Shown: positions 54,948 to 64,000 of the stretch, in pieces | Layout: every line of letters begins with the position of its first letter | How positions within the stretch are numbered: the stretch's first letter is position 1 | Assembly: GCA_964425745.1 (NCBI GenBank) | Contig: CAYRNW010000014.1 | Location: 21-64,020 of the forward strand | Origin: an uncultured Eubacteriales bacterium | GTDB taxonomy: Bacteria > Bacillota > JAAYKD01 | Length of the DNA: 64,000 nucleotides | Direction: 5' to 3' | Notes under the pieces: model-generated | Database searches by the model: none | The model's input: only the letters and a program-made list of their open reading frames with translations | Told to the model about the DNA's origin: nothing | Made by a program: the position numbers and the translations under genes

Positions 54948-55886
54948 CTATTTTTTTGCGATAACCTTTTTTGCAGCTTCCACCACGTCTTTGGCAGTCA
55001 ACCCGTATTTTTCAAGTAGTTGAGCCGGCTTACCAGACTCCCCAAAGGTATCTTGGATTCCCACTCGAACCAAAGGAGTCGGTGCTTTTTCAGATAATAC
55101 TTCGGCAACGGCACTGCCTAACCCGTTGATGATACTATGTTCTTCTGCCGTCACAACGGCCCCTGTTTTTCGGGCTGTTGCCAAGATCGCTTCCTCGTCG
55201 AGCGGCTTGATAAAGGGAACATGCAAAACTTCGGCTGAAATGCCTGCCTCAGCTAAGATATCTGCTGCTTCTAAAGCCACGGCGGTCATCATCCCGGTTG
55301 TAATCAAGCTAACCTGTTCACCGCTCTTCATACAACGCGCTTTACCCCATTGCATCTGGTAGTCTTCTGGCATAATGACCGGAACCGCTGAACGGCCCAT
55401 GCGTAAATATACGGGACCTTCATAGGCAGCAATGGCGTGTACCGCCGCCGTTGTCTCCACGGCATCCGCCGGACAAATCACGGTCATTCCCGGAATACCG
55501 CGCATTAACCCCATATCTTCAATTGACTGATGCGATGCCCCATCTTCTCCTACCGTGATTCCGGCATGGGTCGCCGCGATTTTTACATTCAAATGCGGAT
55601 ATCCGATGGAGTTGCGGATTTGCTCATAAGCGCGTCCCGTTGCAAAAATCGCAAAGGTACTGGCAAAGGGGATCTTGCCACTAGCTGCCAAGCCGGCGGC
55701 AATTCCGGTCATATTCGCTTCTGCGATGCCAATACTGAAAAATCGTTCCGGAAACCGTTGGGCAAAGGCAATGGTCATGGTCGATTTAGCAAGGTCTGCA
55801 TCTAAGACTACGACTTTGGGGTTCTGCTCTCCCAATGCGACCAAGGCTTCTTTATAAGCGTCGCGGGTGGCAATCATTTTACTCAT
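54948..55886 (-). CDS. transketolase, C-terminal (pyrimidine-binding) subunit
   Basis: Typical split-transketolase C-subunit sequence; overlaps the N-subunit gene by 8 nt. Confidence 0.85.
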   Translation of the reverse strand: MSKMIATRDAYKEALVALGEQNPKVVVLDADLAKSTMTIAFAQRFPERFFSIGIAEANMTGIAAGLAASGKIPFASTFAIFATGRAYEQIRNSIGYPHLNVKIAATHAGITVGEDGASHQSIEDMGLMRGIPGMTVICPADAVETTAAVHAIAAYEGPVYLRMGRSAVPVIMPEDYQMQWGKARCMKSGEQVSLITTGMMTAVALEAADILAEAGISAEVLHVPFIKPLDEEAILATARKTGAVVTAEEHSIINGLGSAVAEVLSEKAPTPLVRVGIQDTFGESGKPAQLLEKYGLTAKDVVEAAKKVIAKK

Positions 55887-56709
55887 GGCTCGACTCCTCC
55901 TTCTCGGTTAGCTCTGCCAAGGCTTGTGCTAATTGGTCGGCATTGGGGGCACTGCCGTGCCATTCCGCTTTATTTTCCATAAAGGAAACCCCTTTGCCTT
56001 TAATCGTATGTGCTAATAACAGAGTCGGTTGACCTTTGGTCGACTTCGCCACGCAAATGGCTTCTCGAATTTGCGTAAAATCATGACCGTCGAGTTCAAC
56101 TACATGCCAACCAAATGCCTTAAATTTTTCAGCAATGGGTTCAATGTTCATCACATCACAAATTTCGCCACAGATCTGCAGGTTATTATAATCTAGAATT
56201 ACTGTTAAATTGTCCAGCTTATAATGGGCAGCTGCCATTGCCGCTTCCCAGATTTGCCCTTCTTGACATTCTCCATCGCCAATAATCGCATAGACACGGC
56301 GGGGGCTGTGGTCCAATCTTGCCGCCAAAGCCATCCCTAACGCTCCCGATAAGCCCTGACCTAAGGATCCGGTTGAGAAATCAACCCCTGGAATATGTTT
56401 CATATCGGGATGTCCTTGTAAACGACTGTTGATTTGTCGGAAGGTTTTTAATTCCTCCACCGGAAAGAACCCCCGTAATGCCAATGTCGCGTAAAGTGCT
56501 GGAGTTGCATGGCCTTTGCTCATCACAAAGCGATCTCGCTCCGGGTATTGTGGGTTCATCGGGTCCAAACTCATTTCTTCAAAATAAAGTACGGTCATCA
56601 CTTCAGCTAACGATAAAGAGCCCCCCGGATGTCCCGATTTCGCTGCTGCGGTCGCCTTTACAATCTCGCGGCGAATCTCACGGGCGATGGCTACATCTGT
56701 GTTCAGCAT
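55879..56709 (-). CDS. transketolase, N-terminal (TPP-binding) subunit
   Basis: TPP-binding motif GDGECQEG; AGGAGAGTG RBS. Confidence 0.85.
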   Translation of the reverse strand: MLNTDVAIAREIRREIVKATAAAKSGHPGGSLSLAEVMTVLYFEEMSLDPMNPQYPERDRFVMSKGHATPALYATLALRGFFPVEELKTFRQINSRLQGHPDMKHIPGVDFSTGSLGQGLSGALGMALAARLDHSPRRVYAIIGDGECQEGQIWEAAMAAAHYKLDNLTVILDYNNLQICGEICDVMNIEPIAEKFKAFGWHVVELDGHDFTQIREAICVAKSTKGQPTLLLAHTIKGKGVSFMENKAEWHGSAPNADQLAQALAELTEKEESSHE

Positions 56710-56742
56710 TTGACGTCACTCTCCTAATTTCATATTTTCGGA

Positions 56743-57483
56743 TTATTTTTGAACTTGTCTTCTCTTTTGTTCGCGAACGGCTTGCATAAATTTTGGGATT
56801 GCTGCGAGCCGATGAAAGCGTTTTGGATTTCGCACCGCCCGGTAGAGCCACTCCATGTGAATGCTCTGCACCCAGGCAGGCGCACGTTGGTCAATCCCTG
56901 CCATGACATTGAAACTGCCGCCAACGCCAATTGCTACCAAGGGAGCCAGGTTTTTTTTATGCTTCTGAATCCAAATTTCCGCCGGTCTGGGAGGTCCCAA
57001 GGCACAAAACAACATCTCGGTGCCTGCTTCCCGGATTTCCGCAACCAAAGCTTCTTCCTCTTCGGCTTTGAAATAGCCGTCGTGCGTACCACAAATGTGT
57101 AACCCAGGGTATCTCTCCAACGCTGTCATGGCGGCTTGGTTGGCAACGCCGGGGGAAGCCCCTAAGAAAAAGACCTTATATTTTTGTTGAGCAGCCAAGT
57201 TCAGCATCTCTTGCATGAGATCAAATCCAGCGACTCTCTCTTTTAAAGGGTCTCCTAATTGTTTGGCTGCCCATAGCATTCCGGTGCCGTCGGGAACCAG
57301 GAGGTCTGCTTTTTGTAAGGAGGCAGCGAAGGTTTCATCTTGCAAGCCATTCCAAGCGATTTCCGGGTTAATGGTCACGATATGAGCAAACTCTTTTTTT
57401 CGAATGCGCTGTTCGATCCAGTCGACCGTCTCAGCCATCGTAATAGAAGCAACCCGATACCCTACAATTTGAACCGTTTTCAT
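56743..57483 (-). CDS. tagA: WecB/TagA/CpsF-family glycosyltransferase (N-acetylmannosaminyltransferase-like)
   Basis: TagA-family sequence throughout; start overlaps the csaB stop (ATGA). Confidence 0.75.
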   Translation of the reverse strand: MKTVQIVGYRVASITMAETVDWIEQRIRKKEFAHIVTINPEIAWNGLQDETFAASLQKADLLVPDGTGMLWAAKQLGDPLKERVAGFDLMQEMLNLAAQQKYKVFFLGASPGVANQAAMTALERYPGLHICGTHDGYFKAEEEEALVAEIREAGTEMLFCALGPPRPAEIWIQKHKKNLAPLVAIGVGGSFNVMAGIDQRAPAWVQSIHMEWLYRAVRNPKRFHRLAAIPKFMQAVREQKRRQVQK

Positions 57484-58619
57484 CGTTGATTCTCCTCTGC
57501 CGTTTGAATGGCCAGTCTAGCACTTTGTAACGCTTGGTCACGCAATTCATGGAAGCGTTGTGAAGAGGCTTCCATATCGAGGGGAGATTGCAGGGTCTGA
57601 TTGATCAGATGGAGCAATTCTTCCGATCGCAGTTCACTCAAACTACCTGCCAAAACCTGGCCGACCCGTTTGGCAAAATGATCGACTTTGGGATCATAAC
57701 GAATCGCTATCGCTTTGGTAGCAGTTATGGCTGCAAAAACAAGCGCATGTAAGCGAACACCAATCAGTAATTGGCAAGATTTTATGACCGATAAAACTTC
57801 TTTGACGGAATAGCCGTGCGGCAAGCAAAAGGCGTGCTCTTTTTGTTTCATCTGTTCTTTAATCTTTTGGCCAATCGCCTCATCTCCGCTTTGCTGCATG
57901 GGGATGAAAACTACTTGCGCTTGTTGTGTTGAGATTATTGCATCAAGCGCGAGCGCAAGTTGGTCTATCCAAGTTTCATCGTTTCCCCAAGGTCGTACCG
58001 ATACTGCCAAAAGTGGCCCTCGCTCCAATTGCACTCCTAGGTCTCTTAAAATCTGTTGACCAGAAGCACTTTCAGGAGATTCGAACAATAAAACGGGATC
58101 GGCTGAAAGATATAATTTCACCTTAGGAATGCCTAACTGAAGCAATTCGTCAAAGGATTGTTGGTCGCGCACGGTTAAAACTTTGGCTGCTTGCAAAATC
58201 CAACCGGTCAGACGACGATTAAACGCTTTACGAATCGGTCCAATGCCCTGGCCATAGATCATAAACGGGGTACGCCGCACCACGCTCATAGCCAGAATCA
58301 ACAGGTAATATTGCAAACTGCGGCTGCTGGTAACATCTTGTAATAAACTGCCTCCGCCACTGATCAATAAGTCATTTTCCCCTAACGCATGCCAAATCGC
58401 TTTGTAATCGGTGCGCGAAATCGCATGGACATCATGACTGCTTTCGGTCAGTTTCGGGTTCGCCGAAAGAACGGTTAGAGCTAACTGTTCATGCTCCATC
58501 CGGAGAGCCTGTTGCATCGATGTCAAAATTGCTTCGTCGCCAAGATTATTGAAGCCATAATATCCGGAAATCAAAATTCGTAAAGGCCGAGAAGAACGGT
58601 CAGTTTGCCTGTTCGGCAT
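57480..58619 (-). CDS. csaB: polysaccharide pyruvyl transferase CsaB (secondary cell-wall polymer pyruvylation)
   Basis: CsaB-like N-terminus (ILISGYYGFNNLGDEAIL); start probably MPNRQT at 58619 (track ORF to 58685). Confidence 0.75.
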   Translation of the reverse strand: MPNRQTDRSSRPLRILISGYYGFNNLGDEAILTSMQQALRMEHEQLALTVLSANPKLTESSHDVHAISRTDYKAIWHALGENDLLISGGGSLLQDVTSSRSLQYYLLILAMSVVRRTPFMIYGQGIGPIRKAFNRRLTGWILQAAKVLTVRDQQSFDELLQLGIPKVKLYLSADPVLLFESPESASGQQILRDLGVQLERGPLLAVSVRPWGNDETWIDQLALALDAIISTQQAQVVFIPMQQSGDEAIGQKIKEQMKQKEHAFCLPHGYSVKEVLSVIKSCQLLIGVRLHALVFAAITATKAIAIRYDPKVDHFAKRVGQVLAGSLSELRSEELLHLINQTLQSPLDMEASSQRFHELRDQALQSARLAIQTAEENQR

Positions 58620-60745
58620 GTTCTTCGTCCTCCTCCCAATAGCGATGGAACCAATGCGAGAACAGTCGTACTGCAATGGCTGCACCGATACCTAAAATCA
58701 CGCCTAAGGCCAATCCCCACAGTCCGCGATTCATACTGATCCACATACCGGACCGCACATGAGCAAAGGAGTTCACAACCGAAACCCACCCTACGGTTGC
58801 TAATGCCAACAAAGGGCCTACTAGGAAGCGCTGCCCAAACGCCCACAAGAGGGGCATTAGCAGAATGGCAGGATATCCAATCAAGAATTCTTTGTTACGG
58901 GGTCTGGCGACTAAGACACGTTCTAAAAAGGCTCGCATTTTCAATTCTAATCCACTGATCGCTCCCACCGAAGCATTTCCGGAACGCAAAATATAATAGA
59001 AAAGGGCCCCTGCAGCAACCACTGCAAACATTGCCCAAAGCACGGTGATAGGGCTGGCTAAAAGTTGTTTCAAATCACAACGCATTTCCTTCCAGCCGCG
59101 CTTCTCGACCGGTGCTTGAAATTGGAAGCCGTAACGCATGAAATACCACAGTCCCAGTATCAACAGTGGTAAGACAAATCCCACTTTAACACCGCGAAAA
59201 TATTGAAGTTCCAGCATAAAAGTGTTGTCGCTCATGATGACACCCAACAGCACTCCACCGGCAAAAACGATGAGGAAACTGCCGACCGCTAAGAAGACGC
59301 CTTGTACCAAGAAACTCCACTTGCGCAGGTTTCCCTTAAGGCGCTCTAGTTGCTTCATGGTGAATATTCCTGCCATAACCGGATACAACACTTGGGCTGC
59401 AAATGCTAAAAGTTGCCGCATGGTCACCCAAGCTCCTCCAACCGTCGCGGTCGAGCGCGCCAGATATCCCGATGCCAAGGCTGCAAGAAGAGCCAAAGCA
59501 ATTAGAATCCACCAGAAAAGCGGTTTCCCCTCGATTCCCCATTGCATCAGAAACAAAACAGCGGTCCATGCAAGAGATAGCGGGATCAAGATCATCCATC
59601 CTACCAAATGAAAGGGTTCCAAGGCAATGGCCGGACCGATTTCATAACCGGAATTTTGAATGCTTTGCACACCGGCTTGTAAAATACGTTGATTCAATTT
59701 CAAAATCTCATCTGGGCTCTTTAACTGATTTTCAAACAAACGCAAATAGACGACTCGAATATTGCGGTCAACGGCTGCTCTGAGCCATCGTTCTTGAATC
59801 CCTTGCTCGGTCAGCCAATCTTTTTTGTCCAGTTCAGCTCGTTGGATGGCATAGACACGAACGGCTTGAAAATCTAAGGCCTGCAAAAGGGCTTCATCTC
59901 CCGCGAGATGGATGCTGTCGAGTTGGGTCATGGTTTCGACTAACCCATAATACCAGTTTTGTTCTCGTAGAAGTTCAACAAATGCCGTAAAGGCGGTATC
60001 GGGTTTTGTATAGTCTACGGGTTGACCATAAAGGTCTTGAGTGCCGGGAAGCTTGGTTCCGGTCACGATTACCCCAGTCACTTGACCAGAATCAACAAAG
60101 GGACGATATTGTTCTAAAAGCGTTTCCGCCGAGATCCCCGGTCTGTTGGCTGGACGCAACTGAACGTTAAATCCTAAAGCAAGATACTCTTCAAATTCCT
60201 CTGAGTCATACCAAAGCCCCGCACCTTCGTAAAGGTCCCAATAGGCCGACGGCATTTCTAAAACCGTGATATTTTGATTTTGAAAGACTCTCCAATGCAG
60301 TGTTTCAATCGCCTCTTCTAATGAAGAAAGCAAATTATCATAGATTTTCGCTTCATTGATCAGAATATAATGGCTCATCGGTCGCAATGGTCCTTGAAGG
60401 AGTTGTGCAAATTCGCCATTGGCTTGACTGCGCACCAATGCAGCGGCCTCTGGGTATTCGAGAACTGTAATATCTCCCCGTTCCTCGAGAAGCTTTAGGG
60501 TTTTCTGATATACCGTTGCCGTCGTAGCTCCCGCTGCTTTGAAATCTGCCAACGCCTCTACATAAATGTCATGATCTCCATAACCTATTGCACTTAGATA
60601 AATTTCCTCGGTATCGATGACGACCTCGACTTGCCGTGCTTGTGCTTCTACCTCAATCCGGCGAAATGCCTGATAAAACACCGGCAAGAGAGATAGGATG
60701 ATCAATACCACCAAAATTTGCTGAATTCGTTTGTTTTTAGTCAAG
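58600..60745 (-). CDS. large membrane protein (N-terminal TM, about 400-aa extracytoplasmic domain, C-terminal 8-10 TM); paralog of the next gene
   Basis: TTG start at 60745 behind GGAAGGAGAG, overlapping the upstream gene's end; C-terminal block RPRNKEFLIGYPAILL matches RPRFKEFLTGYPGLFL in the paralog. Confidence 0.65.
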
Positions 60746-62431
60746 AGAATGCTCTCCTTCCGAGTGTTGCGGTATTGTAGGCAGGGTTGGTTGAATTCGA
60801 CGTGTAATGGCATAGGCCAAGAGTGCCAATGGGATTCCTAAGAGTAGGCCCCAGCCGACACGCGACAACGACAAAAGATAAGGTGTATGCAAATGCATAA
60901 AGGTATTAAAGATCGACACTTGACCGGCAGTAGCTAGAAAAAGCATTGCTAAAGCAATCCAAGGGGTTGATAAGAAAAAGGGCAAAAGGAAGAGTCCGGG
61001 GTATCCAGTCAAGAACTCCTTGAAACGCGGCCGTACCCCAAAAAACTGTTGCAAGAGATTGCGTAAGGATCGTTCGATTCCGCTGACGGCACTGGTTTCA
61101 TTGCCACTGCGAATCAGGTAAAATGCAATCAGTCCTAGAAAAGCGACTCCGGCCATTACCTGTTTACCGGAGAATAGATTCGTACGATCCATCTTCTGCA
61201 AACGATACGGTGAGCGTAAGAGAGCATAGGCTGATGTTAAAACGAGGGGCAGAAAATACGCTATTTTCACGCCGCGGAAGCTAAAAATCGCATTCAAATA
61301 CACCGTTTCCGAAAGCAAGCCATTGGTAATGGTCGCACCAATTAAGGTTAGAACACTAATTCCAAACAATCCTAGAACCGCTAGTTTCAATCGTTCCTGA
61401 CGTGTTTGCTCCGGCTGGCTATGCTGTAGAAGCAGGGTTAATCCTAAACTGGGGAAAAACGTCGCTGCCAGTAAGGCGAGGCCATCGAACAAATCGCGAC
61501 CCGGTAACCATCCGTAGGCATACGCGAATGCAGCCAGCAGAGCGGCAAACAAACTGCCAATCAGTAAAGGTGGGGTCGTGAGTTTGGGCAACCAACAAGC
61601 AAGCAAGAGCGCGCCCGCGGCTACGATGCCAACGGTCATATAGAGGAACAATGTAAAAGGAATCGGCACCCCCGTTAACGGTTCAGCCTTGCCTAAGATA
61701 AATCCAGCACCCTGTAGATCTCCGGATGTCTGTTCTAACCAGTGTTGCAGGCTTTGCAACTCCTGCCCGGGCGTCATATCCATATGTTTAAACGGTTTCA
61801 GAAATACGAAACGAATATTGCGGTCGGTGACTGCCAACAAAAGTTCTTCTCGGGTGTCATATGGATATCCGGGGTGAACACGGATTACGCTCGCATTGGC
61901 CGCACCCAAATAGGTTTCCAAGCCTTTTTGCTCTCCCAAGAACTCAACCATTCCTAAGGTTGCGCCTCGCATAGCAATGATTTGAGCAATGGTATTGGTG
62001 TTGATCTCATTGCCATAACCATACACTTCATAGCCGCTGAAAAACCACATATGCTGATTTGGCAAGGTAAATACTGCGGTTAACACTTGATTTAAGTCTT
62101 CGTATCCTTGTTCCTCAAGGGTGTTCGAAACTTGCGGAGTCAAAATCAACCCATGATCATGAGCATATTGTAATAAACTGTAAGGCACCTCTAGAAGATC
62201 CTGATCTAAAAGCACCAAGCTGGTCATCCCCCACGATTGTGCTTGTTCAACCAGCTCCAGTGGTTGCATGGAAACGGTTTCGGCGATCTTGACGAGATCC
62301 CCATACTCTAAGGCTAATTCTACTTGTTTATTGGCTTCTTCGCGAGGGACTCGAACCGCCAAAACCCGGACGCTCAACACTAGGGAAGCCAATAGAAGAA
62401 ACCATAGAAAACGATGCTTCGGTTGTTTCAT
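60737..62431 (-). CDS. large membrane protein (564 aa), paralog of the preceding gene; candidate cell-wall polymer assembly/ligation protein
   Basis: Signal-anchor (FLWFLLLASLVLSV), extracytoplasmic domain, C-terminal polytopic domain with blocks shared with the paralog. Confidence 0.65.
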   Translation of the reverse strand: MKQPKHRFLWFLLLASLVLSVRVLAVRVPREEANKQVELALEYGDLVKIAETVSMQPLELVEQAQSWGMTSLVLLDQDLLEVPYSLLQYAHDHGLILTPQVSNTLEEQGYEDLNQVLTAVFTLPNQHMWFFSGYEVYGYGNEINTNTIAQIIAMRGATLGMVEFLGEQKGLETYLGAANASVIRVHPGYPYDTREELLLAVTDRNIRFVFLKPFKHMDMTPGQELQSLQHWLEQTSGDLQGAGFILGKAEPLTGVPIPFTLFLYMTVGIVAAGALLLACWLPKLTTPPLLIGSLFAALLAAFAYAYGWLPGRDLFDGLALLAATFFPSLGLTLLLQHSQPEQTRQERLKLAVLGLFGISVLTLIGATITNGLLSETVYLNAIFSFRGVKIAYFLPLVLTSAYALLRSPYRLQKMDRTNLFSGKQVMAGVAFLGLIAFYLIRSGNETSAVSGIERSLRNLLQQFFGVRPRFKEFLTGYPGLFLLPFFLSTPWIALAMLFLATAGQVSIFNTFMHLHTPYLLSLSRVGWGLLLGIPLALLAYAITRRIQPTLPTIPQHSEGEHSLD

Positions 62432-62507
62432 AAAAAAACTCCATCTCTTGTTTGGTTATTTATAACATCATACTTTTCTGCTTCCACCCCTAAAACTCCT
62501 CTAAACA

Positions 62508-62547
62508 GGGGACGGTTCTCCCCTATTTAAAGGGGACGGTTCTCTCC
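62508..62547. repeat. two direct tandem copies of the 16-18-nt TIR motif
   Basis: GGGGACGGTTCTCCCC-tatttaaa-GGGGACGGTTCTCTCC followed by a T-run, in the divergent promoter region. Confidence 0.8.
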
Positions 62548-62555
62548 TTTTTTGT

Positions 62556-62584
62556 TTCTTTTCATATTGTCATTAACCCAACTT
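62556..62584 (+). promoter_or_regulatory. sigma-A type promoter of the SLH gene
   Basis: TTGTCA-N17-TATACT. Confidence 0.5.
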
Positions 62585-62638
62585 AGTGCTATACTCTAAT
62601 TGATTCAAATAAGGTCTAAATTGATTGGAGGAATTATC

Positions 62639-63739
62639 ATGAAGAAGAGCTTACTGGTTATTCTCACCTTTAGTTTGATTATGACTCTTTTATTCCCATT
62701 GGTCGTACAGGCTGCACTTCCCGAAGGAGTCCCTTCGACTCTCGAAGCCCCTAGTATAAAAAATATTGTCTTAAAACACGATGAAGACAATTTGCCATAT
62801 TTTGAAGCACAGGTGTTTTTTCCGCAAAGTGTGCTTGATCTCGATACCGAAAAGCCCTCTGGGGGTTCTGTATTTTGGGAATACTCTGTCAAAATAGATA
62901 ATGGGGCTTGGGAAGATTTCGGTGGAGGCGGCTATATTGATGTTTATACCGCTGGAGAAGAAGGGGTCTATCTGACCGCAACAAACTTTCCAATCACCTT
63001 CGACCCTATCGATGAAGGGACCATGACCTCAATCGACATCAAAAGTCACTTATACTCTTATCGCTTACGGGTTTTCTATTATTACTTTGAAAATTGGCAA
63101 GACCTCGAACCCGTCTATTCCCCCGTATCCAACACGGTAACCATTGGATCCGGCGCCTTTTATTCCAATGCCAATGAGTGGGCAAAACCAGAGTTAGGCA
63201 AAGCCAATGAATATGGCTTGATTCCGGAGATTCTCAACGGAGTCGATATGACTCAACCGATTACACGGGAAGAGTTTTGCGAATTAGCAGTTGTATTATA
63301 TGAAAAGATGACCGGGATTACCGCAACTCCAGAATCCCCAAATCCTTTTAAAGACACAACCAACCCGCAAATTTTAAAAGCCTATGCTTTGAAAATCACA
63401 AATGGCATCTCTGCGACCACCTTTGAACCGAACACATTGATTACACGAGAACAATGTGCTGCAATGTTATTCAGAGCAATAAAAGCCATAAAACCAAATG
63501 GGGATTTTTCCATTGCCGGAGTCGCCGATTTCCCGGATCAGATTCATATAGCTACCTACGCCATTGAAGCAACAAAGTTTATGTCGAAAATCGGCATCAT
63601 CAAAGGCGATTCCGATGGAAATTTCATGCCGAAAGCCACTACTGAGACTCAAATCGCAGCCCGTTACGGTATGGCTACTCGAGAAGCAGCTACCCTAATG
63701 GTTGTTAGAAGTTACGAAAAGATTCCCACTTTATCCTAG
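62639..63739 (+). CDS. secreted protein with three C-terminal SLH domains (366 aa)
   Basis: Signal peptide (MKKSLLVILTFSLIMTLLFPLVVQA); three SLH repeats in the C-terminal 180 aa; start at ATG 62639 behind TTGGAGG (track ORF from 62600). Confidence 0.8.
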   Translation: MKKSLLVILTFSLIMTLLFPLVVQAALPEGVPSTLEAPSIKNIVLKHDEDNLPYFEAQVFFPQSVLDLDTEKPSGGSVFWEYSVKIDNGAWEDFGGGGYIDVYTAGEEGVYLTATNFPITFDPIDEGTMTSIDIKSHLYSYRLRVFYYYFENWQDLEPVYSPVSNTVTIGSGAFYSNANEWAKPELGKANEYGLIPEILNGVDMTQPITREEFCELAVVLYEKMTGITATPESPNPFKDTTNPQILKAYALKITNGISATTFEPNTLITREQCAAMLFRAIKAIKPNGDFSIAGVADFPDQIHIATYAIEATKFMSKIGIIKGDSDGNFMPKATTETQIAARYGMATREAATLMVVRSYEKIPTLS

Positions 63740-63769
63740 AATTTTGTTGTATTAAAAACTGAATTTCTC

Positions 63770-63798
63770 GAGGGACGGTTCTTACAGAATCGTCCCTT
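63770..63798. repeat. core-type hairpin of the repeat family (GGGACGGTTC-ttaca-GAATCGTCCC)
   Basis: Near-perfect 10-bp stem matching the core of copies A and B; downstream of the SLH gene. Confidence 0.7.
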
Positions 63799-63854
63799 TC
63801 CTTTAGTCGTCTTACTTGTCATGGTATGATATACTGGTTATAGAGGTGATTAAT

Positions 63855-64000
63855 ATGTCAAAAACACTCGTATTAGCCGAAAAACCTTCGGTAGGGCGTG
63901 AATTGGCCCGGGTTTTAGGTTGTACTAATAAACAAAACGGATTTATGGAAGGCCCCAAATATGTGGTTACTTGGGCTTTAGGGCACTTGGTAACCCTCGC
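63855..64000 (+). CDS. topB: DNA topoisomerase III, N-terminal part (partial at window end)
   Basis: [23 protein letters not shown]...[13 protein letters not shown], the Toprim N-terminus of TopB; GAGGTGA RBS. Confidence 0.8.
   Translation, partial: MSKTLVLAEKPSVGRELARVLGCTNKQNGFMEGPKYVVTWALGHLVTL

Noticed and set aside
54948-56709. Transketolase split into two ORFs, considered as a frameshifted pseudogene
   Set aside because: Split N- and C-terminal transketolase subunits with an 8-nt overlap and separate RBS are a normal arrangement in many Firmicutes and archaea; both parts are intact.
21228-63798. Possibility that the recurring GGGGACGGTTCTC motifs are a CRISPR array
   Set aside because: Copies are dispersed over 40 kb with irregular spacing and alternate orientation, and form inverted pairs around hairpins. 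There is no repeat-spacer periodicity and no cas genes.

Overview
This 64-kb window looks like Gram-positive (Firmicutes-type) chromosomal DNA of roughly mid-40s % GC (by eye). The Firmicutes assignment rests on three SLH-domain proteins, a CsaB/TagA cell-wall polymer cluster, a split transketolase, an Hsp20 and a short-form KdpD. About 60 densely packed genes are present, most on the minus strand. I found no rRNA, tRNA or CRISPR array, and no transposase or integrase. The gene content is accessory-like. There are five c-di-GMP turnover proteins: two paralogous PAS-GAF-GGDEF-HD-GYP proteins, two GGDEF proteins and one GGDEF-EAL protein. Sensor and regulator genes include a 7TMR-DISM histidine kinase with a SARP-like response regulator, KdpDE, and AraC, TetR and PadR regulators. 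Transporters include two MFS, an ABC-2 system, ZIP, ArsB/NhaD-like and CNNM/HlyC. There is a sulfur-metabolism operon (SAM methyltransferase, PLP C-S lyase, permease) and a secondary cell-wall polymer cluster (tagA-like, csaB, two paralogous large membrane proteins). The window ends with the start of topB. Findings to follow up: (1) a standalone 1049-aa PLD-nuclease / SF2-helicase / DUF3427-like fusion protein with its own promoter, a candidate single-gene defence factor; (2) a family of miniature palindromic, MITE-like repeats with an 18-bp terminal inverted repeat GGGGACGGTTCTCTCCCC, with at least 11 sites in 64 kb, one apparently in-frame inside a GNAT gene, another overlapping the 3' end of a methyltransferase CDS; (3) a four-gene operon of unrecognised membrane proteins bracketed by two ~107-bp direct copies of that repeat family, downstream of a TetR/ABC-2 operon whose promoter lies inside a perfect 16-bp-arm palindrome; (4) a PadR-controlled divergent EF-Ts paralog; (5) a region-2-only sigma-like ORF translationally coupled to an SLH protein without a signal peptide; (6) a macro-domain/HTH fusion in a GNAT-macro-vWA gene string. 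Product calls are by motif recognition from the translations; no database search was possible.
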